Positions 38,815 through 49,202 are shown, counted from the first letter of the stretch. The stretch: 64,000 bases of DNA from Inquilinaceae bacterium (GCA_965237625.1 CBDEGD010000006.1:52341-116340), one strand, 5' to 3'. Notes: generated by a model from the letters alone, not told the origin. Program-made: numbers and translations.

Positions 38815-39056
38815 AGCACGATGAGATTAGGTCGATTGACCTAATCTCATCGTGCTCTAGAATCTTAGGAATAGAGTGGGATTCAGATTTGAAGTCGACT
38901 CGACTTCAAATCATCCTGCTCTAGTGTCCCTTTGATCCTGAAATTCGCTATGGCAAATTTCAGGATCAAAGGGACACTAACTATATGATTCTAGTGTGAT
39001 TCAGCTTCCAAATCTCGGCACACGAAATGTGCCGAACTTCAGAACCATCACACTAG
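38811..39056. repeat. CTAG-bounded palindromic mosaic element, copy 3 (modules C+D+B+inverted A)
   Basis: Module C is at 38811-38860, D at 38873-38924, B at 38922-38979 and A (opposite orientation) at 38991-39056. Every module is a hairpin ending in CTAG. The purH TAG stop (38812-38814) lies inside the first CTAG. Confidence 0.85.
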
Positions 39057-39138
39057 ACCGTTGTCTGCTCACCGAAGAGCGGGCCGGCGCTCTATGCCCG
39101 ATCGGCGGTGAATTCGGCGGCGTCCAGGTGAAACTTCA

Positions 39139-40467
39139 TCAGGCCTGCGCTTCCGACGACCCGGGCTCTTTTACCGCCAGCAGCAAGAGTCCGCCGGCGA
39201 TCCAGAAAATGACGATCGTCGACATACCGAGCCGGACGCTGCCGGAGATTGCGGTGACGGTGCTGAAAATGACCGGACCGAAGAAGGCGGCTGATTTTCC
39301 GGTCATCGCGTAGAGGCCGAACATCTCGGTCTCCATGTCCTTGGGCGAGAGCCGGGCCATCAGCGACCGGCTCGCGGCCTGTGCCGGGCCGACGAAGATC
39401 CCAAGTCCCAGGGCGAGATAGATGAATGTCTGGGCATCGGTCACCAGCAGGAGGGGTATGGCGAAAAGCACCAGGCCGACCAGGGCGACCAGCACGGTCG
39501 GTTTGGACCCCCTGCCGTCGTCCAGCCAAGCGAATCCGGCCGCCCCCAGTCCGGCGGTTACGTTGAGACCGATCGCAAACTTCAGGATCTCGGAAAGTTC
39601 CATGCCGAACGCAACCGATGCATAGACGCCTCCCATCGCGAACAGGGTGGTCAGCCCGTCTCTGTACAGCGCGCTGGCGATCAGAAATCTGACAATCTGG
39701 CCATAGTCGCGCGCCCTCTTCAGGGTTGCGATCAGAGTCGATATGCCGCGGCGGATCGAGGTCCGGATGGACAGCCCGGAATCTGGCTCATCGCGGGTCA
39801 GAAAAAACAACGGCAGTGAAAACACGGCGAACCAGATCGCCACAAGCGGCGCTGTGGCGCGAACGTTTTCGCTATTTTCCTCAGGGAGGCCGAGAAAGCC
39901 CGCGCTATCGCCGTCGAGCCCGGTGAATCCGAAAAGGGCGATGGCCAGGCATGTCAGCCCGCCCGCATAGCCCAGCCCCCACGCCCAACCGGACACGCGG
40001 CCCAGATAGGGTCTCGGGGCTATGTCGGGCAGCATCGCGTTGTAGAACACGCCCGCGAGTTCGAATGCGACGTTGGCAAGACCGACGGTCATCAGCGTGA
40101 AAAGCACGAAGGATCGATCAGGCTCGGCGTACCATAGGAGCGCTGTCGGCAGTATAGTGAGCGTGACGAAGACGCCAATCCAGGGCTTCCGTCGGCCGGC
40201 ATGGTCGGCGATCGCGCCCAGGAACGGACTCAGGATTGCAACAACCAGACCGGAAATGCCGATCGCATAGCCCCAGGCCGATGCGCCGGCCGTTGCGTCG
40301 CCATAAATGCTGCGGGCGAAATATACGCTAATCACGAAGGTGCCGATGACCGTGCTGAAGGCGGAATTGGCCCAGTCGTAAAGGCACCAGGAGAATATAC
40401 CGAGGCGGTCTGCCGCCGGTGCGGCTTTCACCGGGGGTGGGCCTGCATGCTGCGCAAGCTGGGTCAT
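39139..40467 (-). CDS. MFS transporter, UMF1/Atg22-like family
   Basis: 442 aa. The N-terminal FSWCLYDWANSAFSTVIGTFV is characteristic of UMF1-family MFS proteins, and there are 12 predicted helices. Confidence 0.75.
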   Translation of the reverse strand: MTQLAQHAGPPPVKAAPAADRLGIFSWCLYDWANSAFSTVIGTFVISVYFARSIYGDATAGASAWGYAIGISGLVVAILSPFLGAIADHAGRRKPWIGVFVTLTILPTALLWYAEPDRSFVLFTLMTVGLANVAFELAGVFYNAMLPDIAPRPYLGRVSGWAWGLGYAGGLTCLAIALFGFTGLDGDSAGFLGLPEENSENVRATAPLVAIWFAVFSLPLFFLTRDEPDSGLSIRTSIRRGISTLIATLKRARDYGQIVRFLIASALYRDGLTTLFAMGGVYASVAFGMELSEILKFAIGLNVTAGLGAAGFAWLDDGRGSKPTVLVALVGLVLFAIPLLLVTDAQTFIYLALGLGIFVGPAQAASRSLMARLSPKDMETEMFGLYAMTGKSAAFFGPVIFSTVTAISGSVRLGMSTIVIFWIAGGLLLLAVKEPGSSEAQA

Positions 40468-40872
40468 GCCGGTCCTTCGAATCGGTGAATGACGGATGCA
40501 TTGCTAGCGCGTGGGCACGCGCCTGTCACGATGTGCTCCTGGCCTACGGCGATTCGCCGGCCTGCGGTGCCAATTCCGGATCGGCCGCCGAATTCTGGAA
40601 CCAACGGGGCGTTTTCGGGGGTGCCAGAATCGTCACCCGCTGTCCGGGCAACGGTGGAACACCGAACATGCGGTTCGCCGTCGAGCGGCCCCCATTGCCT
40701 TGAGAAATAAGCTGATTTCGGGCGCCGGCCAATTGATCATCGGCATTGGAACCAATCCGGCTGGAAATACGGTGTCCTAATCAGGTCGGGGGCGGCGGCG
40801 CGCAATGCACCTGTACAATCGAAATGTTATTTGTTCAACTGCCGAAATATCGTGACAAAAAGGGGCGCAGTA

Positions 40873-41307
40873 ATGCTTGGAAATTTCGTCGTGGCGGTCG
40901 ATGGCAGTTCCGGAGGCGAGCGCGCATTACAGGCCGCGATTGACCTGGCCAAACTGACCAAAGTCGGACTGACGCTGGTCTACGTCATCGAATGGTCCCC
41001 CTTCTCCTTTCACACCCCGGAAGAGTTGGCGGAGCGACACAAGCGCCGGGAGGAGGAAATCGACCGGGCCCGCACGGCGGTCCTCACACCGTCCGAAGCG
41101 ATCGTGAAGGCAGCGGGTTTGTCCTGTGATCTGGTGGTCAAGCATGGCCATCCGGCGGAGACCGTCGCCGGCATCGCCGAGAGCGGCAAGGCCTCGCACA
41201 TATTTATTGGGCGCAAGGGCGAGTCGCGTGTCGGAGCGTTGCTGTTCGGCAGCACCGCCGCCTCTCTGATCCAGATTTCCACCGTCCCCGTGACGTTTGT
41301 CCCCTGA
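40873..41307 (+). CDS. Universal stress protein (UspA family)
   Basis: ORF 40831..41307, trimmed to MLGNFVVAVDGSSGGERAL. The C-terminal ATP-binding motif is IGRKGESRVGALLFGSTA. Confidence 0.8.
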   Translation: MLGNFVVAVDGSSGGERALQAAIDLAKLTKVGLTLVYVIEWSPFSFHTPEELAERHKRREEEIDRARTAVLTPSEAIVKAAGLSCDLVVKHGHPAETVAGIAESGKASHIFIGRKGESRVGALLFGSTAASLIQISTVPVTFVP

Positions 41308-41373
41308 CGTTCGTGCCCTGAGGTAAGGGACTCCAAAAAACACTTCCCCCAACCCGACCCGGGAGAATTTCGG

Positions 41374-42879
41374 ATGAGCAGGCTCCTTCTGGCGATCGCC
41401 GCACTTCTTGCATCAACCCAATTGGCATCGGCGGCCAGCATCGACGAGACCATCAACGCGGCCACCGCCCCGATCGCATCGGCGGTCGGCGCGTTCGTAT
41501 TCTTCAAGATACCGGTCTTCGGCGCGAATTTGCCCCTGGTGGTTCTTTGGCTGGTGGTCGGGGCGGTGTTCTTCACCATTTACATGCGCTTCGTGAATAT
41601 CTGGGGCTTCAAGCACGCGATCGAACTGGTCCGTGGCGACTATGCCAACCCGGACGATGCGGGCGAGGTCTCCCATTTCCAGGCGCTGGCGACAGCGGTA
41701 TCCGGCACGGTGGGCATCGGCAATATCGGCGGCGTCGCCGTCGCGGTGACCGTGGGCGGGCCGGGCGCCACCTTCTGGCTGATCATGGCCGGGTTCCTGG
41801 GCATGTCGACCAAATTCGTCGAATGCACACTGGGCGTGAAATACCGCAATGAGAACCCGGACGGATCGGTGTCCGGCGGCCCGATGTACTACATGCGCCG
41901 GGGCTTTTCGGAGCGTGGCATGGAGGGTCTGGGCAAGTTCATGGGCACCTTCTACGCCATCGGCATCTTCATCGGCGCCCTGGGCATCGGCAACATGTTC
42001 CAGTCGAACCAGGCCTATGTGCAACTCAACAATGTGACCAACGGGCTGTTCGACGGTCTCGGCTGGCTGGTCGGGCTCGCCATGGCGGCGGTGGTGTTCG
42101 TGGTGATCGTCGGCGGCATCAAGTCGATCGCCCGGGTGACCGAGAAGATCGTGCCGTTCATGGCCATCTTCTACTGCGTCTTCGCCATCATCGTGATCCT
42201 GATGAACGGCTCGGCCATCCCCGAGGCGATCGGCAACATCTTCACCGGCGCCTTCACCGGCGAGGGCGTTGCCGGCGGCGCGCTGGGCGCCCTGATCATC
42301 GGCTTCCAACGGGCGGTGTTCTCCAATGAGGCCGGTATCGGCTCGGCGTCCATCGCCCATTCGGCGGTGCGCACCAACGAGCCGATCACCGAAGGCATGG
42401 TGTCCCTGCTCGAGCCGTTCATCGACACCATCATCATCTGCACCATCACCGCCCTGGTGATCGGCACATCGGCGGTCGCCAATCCGGGATTCGCGGAGGG
42501 CGCCACCGGGATCGCGATGACGTCCCAGGCGTTCAAGACCCAGATCGGCTGGTTCCCGATCCCGCTGGCCATCGCCGGCATGCTGTTCGCCTTCTCGACC
42601 ATGATCTCATGGTCCTATTACGGGCTGAAGGGCTGGACCTATCTGTTCGGCGAGGACATGCGTGGGCAGACCGCCTACAAGATCATCTTCTGCGTCTTCG
42701 TGGTGATCGGTTGCGTCGTGCAGCTCGATCCGATCCTGGAGATCTCAGACGCCCTGGTATTCCTGATCTGCGTGCCGAACATCCTGGTGCTCTATGTCCT
42801 GGCGCCGCTGGTGAAGGGTGAGCTGAACAGCTACATGACGCGGCTGCGCAGCGGCGAAATCCGGAAGTTCAAGAACTGA
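41374..42879 (+). CDS. Alanine/glycine:cation symporter (AGCS family)
   Basis: 501 aa. AGCS hallmarks are SHFQALATAVSGTVGIGNIGGVA, GGPGATFWLI, GGPMYY and FSNEAGIGSASIAHS. Confidence 0.9.
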   Translation: MSRLLLAIAALLASTQLASAASIDETINAATAPIASAVGAFVFFKIPVFGANLPLVVLWLVVGAVFFTIYMRFVNIWGFKHAIELVRGDYANPDDAGEVSHFQALATAVSGTVGIGNIGGVAVAVTVGGPGATFWLIMAGFLGMSTKFVECTLGVKYRNENPDGSVSGGPMYYMRRGFSERGMEGLGKFMGTFYAIGIFIGALGIGNMFQSNQAYVQLNNVTNGLFDGLGWLVGLAMAAVVFVVIVGGIKSIARVTEKIVPFMAIFYCVFAIIVILMNGSAIPEAIGNIFTGAFTGEGVAGGALGALIIGFQRAVFSNEAGIGSASIAHSAVRTNEPITEGMVSLLEPFIDTIIICTITALVIGTSAVANPGFAEGATGIAMTSQAFKTQIGWFPIPLAIAGMLFAFSTMISWSYYGLKGWTYLFGEDMRGQTAYKIIFCVFVVIGCVVQLDPILEISDALVFLICVPNILVLYVLAPLVKGELNSYMTRLRSGEIRKFKN

Positions 42880-42968
42880 CGGGTGGTATGGCGGGTGCCC
42901 TACGGCGCCTGCCGTCCCGTTGCTGGGATCGTCGAGGGGGCCTGCCGGCCATATGCCGTGGCTCCTCG

Positions 42969-43082
42969 CCTTCGTCGTCCTCGGGCTTGACCCGAGGACC
43001 CATTGCACCGTCAGCAATGGCGCTCGACGAACGGGGTAGGCGAATGGATGGGTCCTCGGGTCAAGCCCGAGGACGACGAAGG
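42969..43082. repeat. REP-type double inverted repeat (gtcctcgggcttgacccgaggac family)
   Basis: The arm ccttcgtcgtcctcgggcttgacccgaggacccat (42969-43003) has its reverse complement at 43048-43082. Each arm is itself a hairpin. Confidence 0.8.
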
Positions 43083-43132
43083 GTAGGAGGGCAGCGTGTG
43101 ATTTCCCGTCGATCACGGGCCGCCCGTTGCCT

Positions 43133-46100
43133 CTACCCCGCCATCAGCGCCCGCAGGCGCCGGTTGGCGACCGCCAGCATCGACAGATCCAGCGTGTCTA
43201 TGGCTTTCAGTTCGGAGATCAGCTGGTCGATGCGTTCGATCGGCTGCTGCCGTCTTTCGACCCAGGTCTCGAACAGATGCTTGGCGACCCCGTCGCCGCT
43301 GCCCCTGGCGGCATCCAGCACCTTGATGGTCAGGTCCGATTGCAGCCCGTAGAGGTCGTCGACGATCGCCGCCACCGCCTGTTTCTGCCAATGGTTCGTC
43401 ACCGGCATGTTGATGGCGCTGTCGCGCAGCCAGGCGATGCCGAACCGGCGGCCGAGGTCGAAATACATCGGACCCACATCGGCCAGCGGAATCTGGCAGG
43501 TGTCGGAGATGTGGATGAGGTCGCAGCCCGCCGCCACCAGGTTCAGCGAGGAGACCCGCCGCGCCAGATCCTCCGGCACGCCCTTGGTCACCATGCTGGC
43601 GGTGCGCTCGACGATCACCTCCCGGGCCTCTTCGTAGATCACCTCATCCAGACCGACATAAAGGGATTCGATCGCCGGCTTCATATGGGCGATGTGCTCG
43701 CCGATATTGGTGACGTCGCCTGTATTGCGCAGCACCCAGCTTGCGGTGCGTTCCACCAGCCTGCGTGTCAGCAACTGAAGATGGGTCTGGGTGTGGGCGT
43801 CGACCTTGTTGTCCAAAGCTTCGATCTGAAGCCAGATATCGCGCAGGCCGAAACTGTCGCGGATGATGATGTAGGCGCGGGCGATGTCGGCCGGCTCCAT
43901 GCCGGTTTTGTCGACCATTTCCGCCACGAAGGTCGGGCCGGTGCGGTTGACGATGGAGTTGGTGATGAAAGTGGCGATGATCTCACGCCGCAGCTGGTGG
44001 CGCAGGATGTCGTCCTTGTAACTGCCCTGCAGCGGCTTGGGGAAATAGATCATCAAATCGTTGGTCATCGCCTCGTCGTCAGGCAGGTCGCTCTGCAGCA
44101 GATCGTCGTACAGGGTGATCTTCGCATAGGACAACAGGACCGCTGTTTCCGGCCGCGACAGGCCTTCTTTCTTGCCGAGCAGATCGGTCAGCTCTTCGTC
44201 ATCCGGCAGCATTTCGATGGCGCGGTTCAACAGGCCGGCCTTCTCCAGCGACCGCATGAACCGGGCCTGCTGGTCCAGCAGCTCCGGCCCCTCCGCCAAG
44301 GTCATGGTCAGGGTCTGGGTCTGCAGGTAATTGTCCCGCAGGCACAGGGCGGCAACCTCGTCGGTCATCTTCTCCAGCAGCGTGTTGCGCTGCTTGACCG
44401 TCATGTCGCCGGAACCAACCACGCTGTTCAGCAGGATCTTGATGTTGACCTCGTGATCGGAGCAATCGACGCCGGCGGAATTGTCGATGAAATCGGTGTT
44501 CGGCCGGCCGCCCTTGCGGGCAAACTCGATCCGGCCGCGCTGGGTCACCGCCAGGTTGGCGCCTTCGCCGATGACCTTGGCGCGCACTTCGCGACCGTTG
44601 ATCCTGAGCGCGTCATTGGCCTTGTCGCCGGCCTCCGCGTTGCTCTCCGAGGTCGATTTGATGTAGGTGCCGATGCCGCCGAACCACAGCAGATCGATTT
44701 CCGCCAGCAGAATGGCCTTCAGGAGCGCATTCGGCGTCAGCGAGGACTCCTCGGTATCGATGCCGAAGCATTCGCGCATCTGCGGCGTCAGCGTGATGGA
44801 TTTGGCGCTGCGCTCGAAGATGCCGCCGCCCTTGGAGATCAGCTTGGATTCGTACTGATCCCAGGAGCCGCGGCCGATCTCGAACAGCCGCTTGCGCTCC
44901 TCGAAGCTCTTCGCTGGGTCCGGGTCCGGGTCGATGAAGATGTGCAGATGGTTGAAGGCCGCCTGCAGCCGGATGTGCTCGGACAGCAGCATGCCGTTGC
45001 CGAACACGTCGCCGGACATGTCGCCGACGCCGACCACGGTGAAGTCTTCCTCCTGGGTGTTGATGCCCATCTCGCGGAAATGGCGCTTGACCGATTCCCA
45101 GGCGCCCCGAGCGGTGATGCCCATTTTCTTGTGGTCATAGCCGTCCGACCCGCCGGACGCATAGGCATCGCCCAGCCAATGGCCGTAATCGATGGAGATG
45201 CCGTTGGCGATGTCGGAGAAGGTGGCGGTGCCCTTGTCGGCCGCCACCACCAGATAGGGGTCGTCGCCATCGTGGCGGACCACGTCGCGCGGCGGGATGA
45301 CCTCGCCGCCGGACAGATTGTCGGTGATGTCCAGCATGCCGCGCATCATGGTCTGGTAGCAGGCGATGCCCTCGGCCTGGAACGCCTCCCTTCCGCCTTC
45401 GCGCGGCGGCCGCTTGACCACGAACCCGCCCTTCGAGCCGACCGGCACGATAACGCCGTTCTTGACCATCTGCGCCTTCATCAGGCCCAGCACCTCGGTG
45501 CGGAAATCCTGCCGGCGGTCGGACCACCGGATGCCGCCACGGGCGACCGGGCCGCCGCGCAAATGCACCGCCTCGACCCGCGGCGAGTAGACGAAGATCT
45601 CCCGCCACGGCCGTGGCAGCGGCAGATCGTCGACCCGCTCGCTGTCCAGCTTCATGGAGACATAGGGTTTGGGCGCGCCGTCCTCGCCGGGTTGGAAGAA
45701 ATTGGTGCGCAGGGTCGAGCGGACCAGGTTGATGTACCGGCGGAGGATCATGTCCTCGTCCAGATTGGAAACCTCGTCGATGGATTTCCGAAGGTCCTTC
45801 TCAACGGACTTGATGCGCTTGTCGCGATCGCCCTCCAGGGACGGATCAGCCTGGGCCACGAACAGATCCAGGACCAGCCGGGTGATATGCGGATAGTTGG
45901 CCAGGGTGTCTTCCAGGGCGTCCTGGCCGAATGGGAAGCGGGCCTGGCGCAAATATTTGCCATAGGCGCGCAGCACCGTGACCTCGCGCCATTGCAATCC
46001 GGCCTTGAGCACAAGGCGGTTGAAGCCGTCATCCTCCATTTCGCCTTCCCAAACCTGGAAGAAGGCTTGTTGGAAGGCCTTCTTGACCGAGCCGAGATCG

Positions 46101-47992
46101 ACCGGCACGCCATCGTCGCTCTCGGCCTCGAAATCATGGACCCAGACTGGCTGGTCGCGATCGGCCAGCCGAACCTCCGACGAATGCTCGGAGATCACAT
46201 GCAGGCCCATATTCTCCATCATCGGCAGCACGTCGGACAGCCGAAGCGGAGTACCGTCGTGATAGAGCTTGAAGTTGAGCTCGTTCTCGGCGGCCTCGAT
46301 CGGGCGATACAGATTGAGCCCAATACGGCCTTCCGCGATCACCGCATCGACCCGGTCGATATCGTGGATCGCCGCCTGGGGAAGGGTCTGTTCGCGATAG
46401 CTGGTTGGGAAGGCCTCGCCAAAGCGGCGGAACAGCGTCAGCCCGGCCTCTTCGCCCTTGGCCTCGATCAGCGCATCCTGCAGCAGGTCGGGCCAGGTGC
46501 GGCCGGCCTGCACCAGCTCCGCCTCGACCTCCGCCACGTTGACACTGGGCACGCTGCCGGGATCGGTCTTGACGATGTAGTGGACCCGGGCGTGAACGCC
46601 TTCGCCGAACTGGGTGTAAAAGGCGGTGATGGTGCCGCCGAACGCCTTCTCCAGGGTCTTGCCGAAGCGCTTGCGCAGATCCGTGTTGTAGCGCTCGCGC
46701 GGCGTGTAGACGAGGCATGATGCGAAGCGCTGATACGGGTCCATGCGCACGAACAGCGCGGTGCGCTGGCGTTCCTGTAGATGCAGCACGCCCTGGGCCG
46801 TGGTCAGCAACTCGTCGTCCGAACTCTGGAACAGCTCGTCGCGGGGATAGGTGTCCAGGATGTGTGTCAGCGCCTTACCGTCATGGCTGCGCGGCTCGAA
46901 GCCGGCACGCTCCAGAAGCTGGCTGACCTTGCGGCGCAGGAACGGGATGTCGCTGGCGCTGCGGTTATAGGCAACCGAGGTGAACAGCCCGACGAACATG
47001 CGCTCGCCGCTGACATTGCCCTTGTCGTCGAACACCTTCAGCACGACGACGTCCAGATGCACCGGGCGATGCACCGAGGAGCGGCGATTGCCCTTGGTCA
47101 CCATCAGCAGGCGCGGCTGGCGAACGAATTGCTGGATATCCGGGGGCAGGGCGGAGAATTTGCGCAGCATGCCCTCGAACACCGACACGGATTCCTCGCG
47201 CAGAATGCCCCGTCCGGTGCCCGGCACCGCGACCATATTCAGATCGCCGCCCTTCTTCTTTTCGAAAGCGTATTCGCGATAACCCAGATAGGTGAAGTGG
47301 TCGTTGTCCATCCAGCGCAGGAACTCGACCGCTTCCTGGTTCTCCTCCGGCGACACGATCGGCGGGCAGGAGGCCATCTGCTCGGTGATCTCGGCCATGC
47401 GCTCGCGCATCGGCCGCCAATCCTCGACCGCATATCGCGTGTCGCGCAGCACGTCGGCCAGGCGGTTGGTGATCCGCTCCAGCGCTTCATCGGAGGTCTG
47501 CTCGTCGACCTCGATATGCATGAAGCTCTCGGTGATGGCGCCGTTCGGCGCGACCGCCGGATCGTGCAGCGTTGTCACTTGACCGGAGGCGTCGCGCACG
47601 ATTTTCGCCAGAGGATGAATGACCAGATGGACCGTCAGGCCGAGTTCGTTCAGCGCCGCGGTGATCGAATCAACCAGGAACGGCATGTCGTCATTGACGA
47701 TCTCGACGACTGTATGGTGGGCGTGCCAGCCATGTTCGTCATATTGCGGATTGTAGACCCGGATCTTCGGTTCTCCGGCCTTGCGGGTGCCACTGAACTG
47801 CCAGAGCCCCAACGCGGCGCCATAGAGGTTGTCTTCCTCTTCGCGCAGCATGTCGTCCGGAGGGACGTTCTTGTAGTAGAGCCTGATGAATGTCTCGGCG
47901 GTTTCCGCGCGCGCCTTGGGAAGTTTCTTCTGGACGACGGAGACGACGGACTCGATCAGGGAGTCTTTTTGTTGAAGGGCTTTGGGCGGCAT
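43133..47992 (-). CDS. gdhB: NAD-specific glutamate dehydrogenase, large (about 180 kDa) Bac_GDH type
   Basis: 1619 aa, a size unique to this family. The catalytic region has RGGIRWSDR, KGGFV, VVAADKGTATFSD and GITARGAWESVKRHF. Confidence 0.92.
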   Translation of the reverse strand: MPPKALQQKDSLIESVVSVVQKKLPKARAETAETFIRLYYKNVPPDDMLREEEDNLYGAALGLWQFSGTRKAGEPKIRVYNPQYDEHGWHAHHTVVEIVNDDMPFLVDSITAALNELGLTVHLVIHPLAKIVRDASGQVTTLHDPAVAPNGAITESFMHIEVDEQTSDEALERITNRLADVLRDTRYAVEDWRPMRERMAEITEQMASCPPIVSPEENQEAVEFLRWMDNDHFTYLGYREYAFEKKKGGDLNMVAVPGTGRGILREESVSVFEGMLRKFSALPPDIQQFVRQPRLLMVTKGNRRSSVHRPVHLDVVVLKVFDDKGNVSGERMFVGLFTSVAYNRSASDIPFLRRKVSQLLERAGFEPRSHDGKALTHILDTYPRDELFQSSDDELLTTAQGVLHLQERQRTALFVRMDPYQRFASCLVYTPRERYNTDLRKRFGKTLEKAFGGTITAFYTQFGEGVHARVHYIVKTDPGSVPSVNVAEVEAELVQAGRTWPDLLQDALIEAKGEEAGLTLFRRFGEAFPTSYREQTLPQAAIHDIDRVDAVIAEGRIGLNLYRPIEAAENELNFKLYHDGTPLRLSDVLPMMENMGLHVISEHSSEVRLADRDQPVWVHDFEAESDDGVPVDLGSVKKAFQQAFFQVWEGEMEDDGFNRLVLKAGLQWREVTVLRAYGKYLRQARFPFGQDALEDTLANYPHITRLVLDLFVAQADPSLEGDRDKRIKSVEKDLRKSIDEVSNLDEDMILRRYINLVRSTLRTNFFQPGEDGAPKPYVSMKLDSERVDDLPLPRPWREIFVYSPRVEAVHLRGGPVARGGIRWSDRRQDFRTEVLGLMKAQMVKNGVIVPVGSKGGFVVKRPPREGGREAFQAEGIACYQTMMRGMLDITDNLSGGEVIPPRDVVRHDGDDPYLVVAADKGTATFSDIANGISIDYGHWLGDAYASGGSDGYDHKKMGITARGAWESVKRHFREMGINTQEEDFTVVGVGDMSGDVFGNGMLLSEHIRLQAAFNHLHIFIDPDPDPAKSFEERKRLFEIGRGSWDQYESKLISKGGGIFERSAKSITLTPQMRECFGIDTEESSLTPNALLKAILLAEIDLLWFGGIGTYIKSTSESNAEAGDKANDALRINGREVRAKVIGEGANLAVTQRGRIEFARKGGRPNTDFIDNSAGVDCSDHEVNIKILLNSVVGSGDMTVKQRNTLLEKMTDEVAALCLRDNYLQTQTLTMTLAEGPELLDQQARFMRSLEKAGLLNRAIEMLPDDEELTDLLGKKEGLSRPETAVLLSYAKITLYDDLLQSDLPDDEAMTNDLMIYFPKPLQGSYKDDILRHQLRREIIATFITNSIVNRTGPTFVAEMVDKTGMEPADIARAYIIIRDSFGLRDIWLQIEALDNKVDAHTQTHLQLLTRRLVERTASWVLRNTGDVTNIGEHIAHMKPAIESLYVGLDEVIYEEAREVIVERTASMVTKGVPEDLARRVSSLNLVAAGCDLIHISDTCQIPLADVGPMYFDLGRRFGIAWLRDSAINMPVTNHWQKQAVAAIVDDLYGLQSDLTIKVLDAARGSGDGVAKHLFETWVERRQQPIERIDQLISELKAIDTLDLSMLAVANRRLRALMAG

Positions 47993-48297
47993 TCCGCATC
48001 CTCCGGGATTTGCCGATCTGGGCCGGCCTGAAAAGCGGCTGATTTATCAACCGCAGGCTACCCTATTGTTTGGCCCGGCCATAGTCGGAACGGCCCAGAT
48101 CGCGGGGAATTCAACCGATAGATCAACCCGACGGGCTTTCCGGAGGCTTAATTGAGCATTCCTACCGATTTTCGCGCAGTCCTTCGGCCGATATTCAACC
48201 TTGATTTCTGAGTGCCTCTGTCGTTTGGTGCACCATACAAAGGGTCACGAAATAGGCCCGACGATATAAATTGCGGACTCAGGATGAGGATGACGCA

Positions 48298-48495
48298 ATG
48301 GCAGGCGGGGGCGGCTGCCAGGACCAGAATGCGGGCGGCGAGATTGTGCCGGTCGAACTGGATGCCGGTGTGCTCGAGATTATTGATGCGTATTGCCGAC
48401 GGTTCGGTATGGCCGACCGCAGCGAGGCGATCAACGAGTTGCTGATGATCGGATTGAGTTGGTCGATGACCGATTCGGAGCGATCGGATCGCTGA
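48298..48495 (+). CDS. Possible ribbon-helix-helix (CopG/Arc-like) small protein
   Basis: ORF 48271..48495; the ATG at 48298 has a gagga RBS 8 nt upstream. IVPVELDAGVLEIIDAYCRRFGMADRSEAINELLMIGL fits a beta-strand/helix/helix pattern. Confidence 0.35.
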   Translation: MAGGGGCQDQNAGGEIVPVELDAGVLEIIDAYCRRFGMADRSEAINELLMIGLSWSMTDSERSDR

Positions 48496-48692
48496 CGCGC
48501 GTCGGATGCGCTTCCTTTACAGCTTATTCATGCAGCACGGCCCACAAATCGGCACATATGGTCGTTAGTGATGCATGCGCGCGCTGGCCAGCAGGGCCGG
48601 CACTGTGCGCATGATCACATCGGCGCCCGGTGCGCCATGTCACAGTGACTCCGGCGACGGCTTGGCCGTCGCGCAACAGCTTGGCTGGAGTA

Positions 48693-49178
48693 ATGGCGAT
48701 GAGAATGGCGCTGGCAGCGTTCTCGGCCGCAGTCCTGACGGCAACGGTGGTTTCTGCGGCCGAAGTATCCGATGCCGACTACCTCGCTGACGTCATGAAC
48801 CAACGGCTGGAGTTCCAGAGGACAGGTGGGGAGGTGCAATGGCTAAACCCATCAACAGGCAATGGCGGTATTGTCATCCTACTCAGCACGGATGAGAGTG
48901 ATCCTGAACGACCCTGCCGCTCATATCGCTACACGATTGAACAACCGGGCGAGGCGACGATTGTCGTAGAGGGCGATGCATGCCGAATTGCTGCGTCCCT
49001 CTGGCAACGATCCGAGACTCCGGTTTCCTTGACACTTGGCACTGACCCGATGCCCATCACACCACCGGTCGCGCGCGCCGATCCGGAGCCAGCCGAACCG
49101 CCGCCGCATCTGCCGCCCGCGCATAAGCCGGATCCGGATGTTTTCTACGCCAGCATGCCGACGCCGTCGGTCTATTGA
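48693..49178 (+). CDS. Secreted surface-antigen-like protein (COG4520-like core) with a Pro-rich tail
   Basis: ORF 48630..49178, trimmed to MAMRMALAAFSAAVLTATVVSA (signal peptide). The core motif VQWLNPSTGNGGIV....PCRSYRY resembles 17-kDa surface antigen-type domains. The gene ends 24 nt before the kinase gene. Confidence 0.45.
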   Translation: MAMRMALAAFSAAVLTATVVSAAEVSDADYLADVMNQRLEFQRTGGEVQWLNPSTGNGGIVILLSTDESDPERPCRSYRYTIEQPGEATIVVEGDACRIAASLWQRSETPVSLTLGTDPMPITPPVARADPEPAEPPPHLPPAHKPDPDVFYASMPTPSVY

Positions 49179-49202
49179 TCTCCTGATGGTTGGACACGCC
49201 GC

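Noticed and set aside
43127-46720. A 1197-aa ORF on the plus strand, antisense to the large gdh gene
   Set aside because: It lies entirely inside the well-supported 1619-aa NAD-GDH gene on the opposite strand. Its composition is monotonous (rich in D/G/H/Q/L/A/V/R) with no recognisable motifs. Long stop-free antisense frames are expected in high-GC genes with strong codon bias.
48298-48495. The RHH-like small protein as the antitoxin of a toxin-antitoxin pair
   Set aside because: No adjacent small toxin ORF exists. The next gene is a secreted protein with a signal peptide 197 nt downstream, so a transcriptional regulator role is more plausible, and the RHH call itself is weak.
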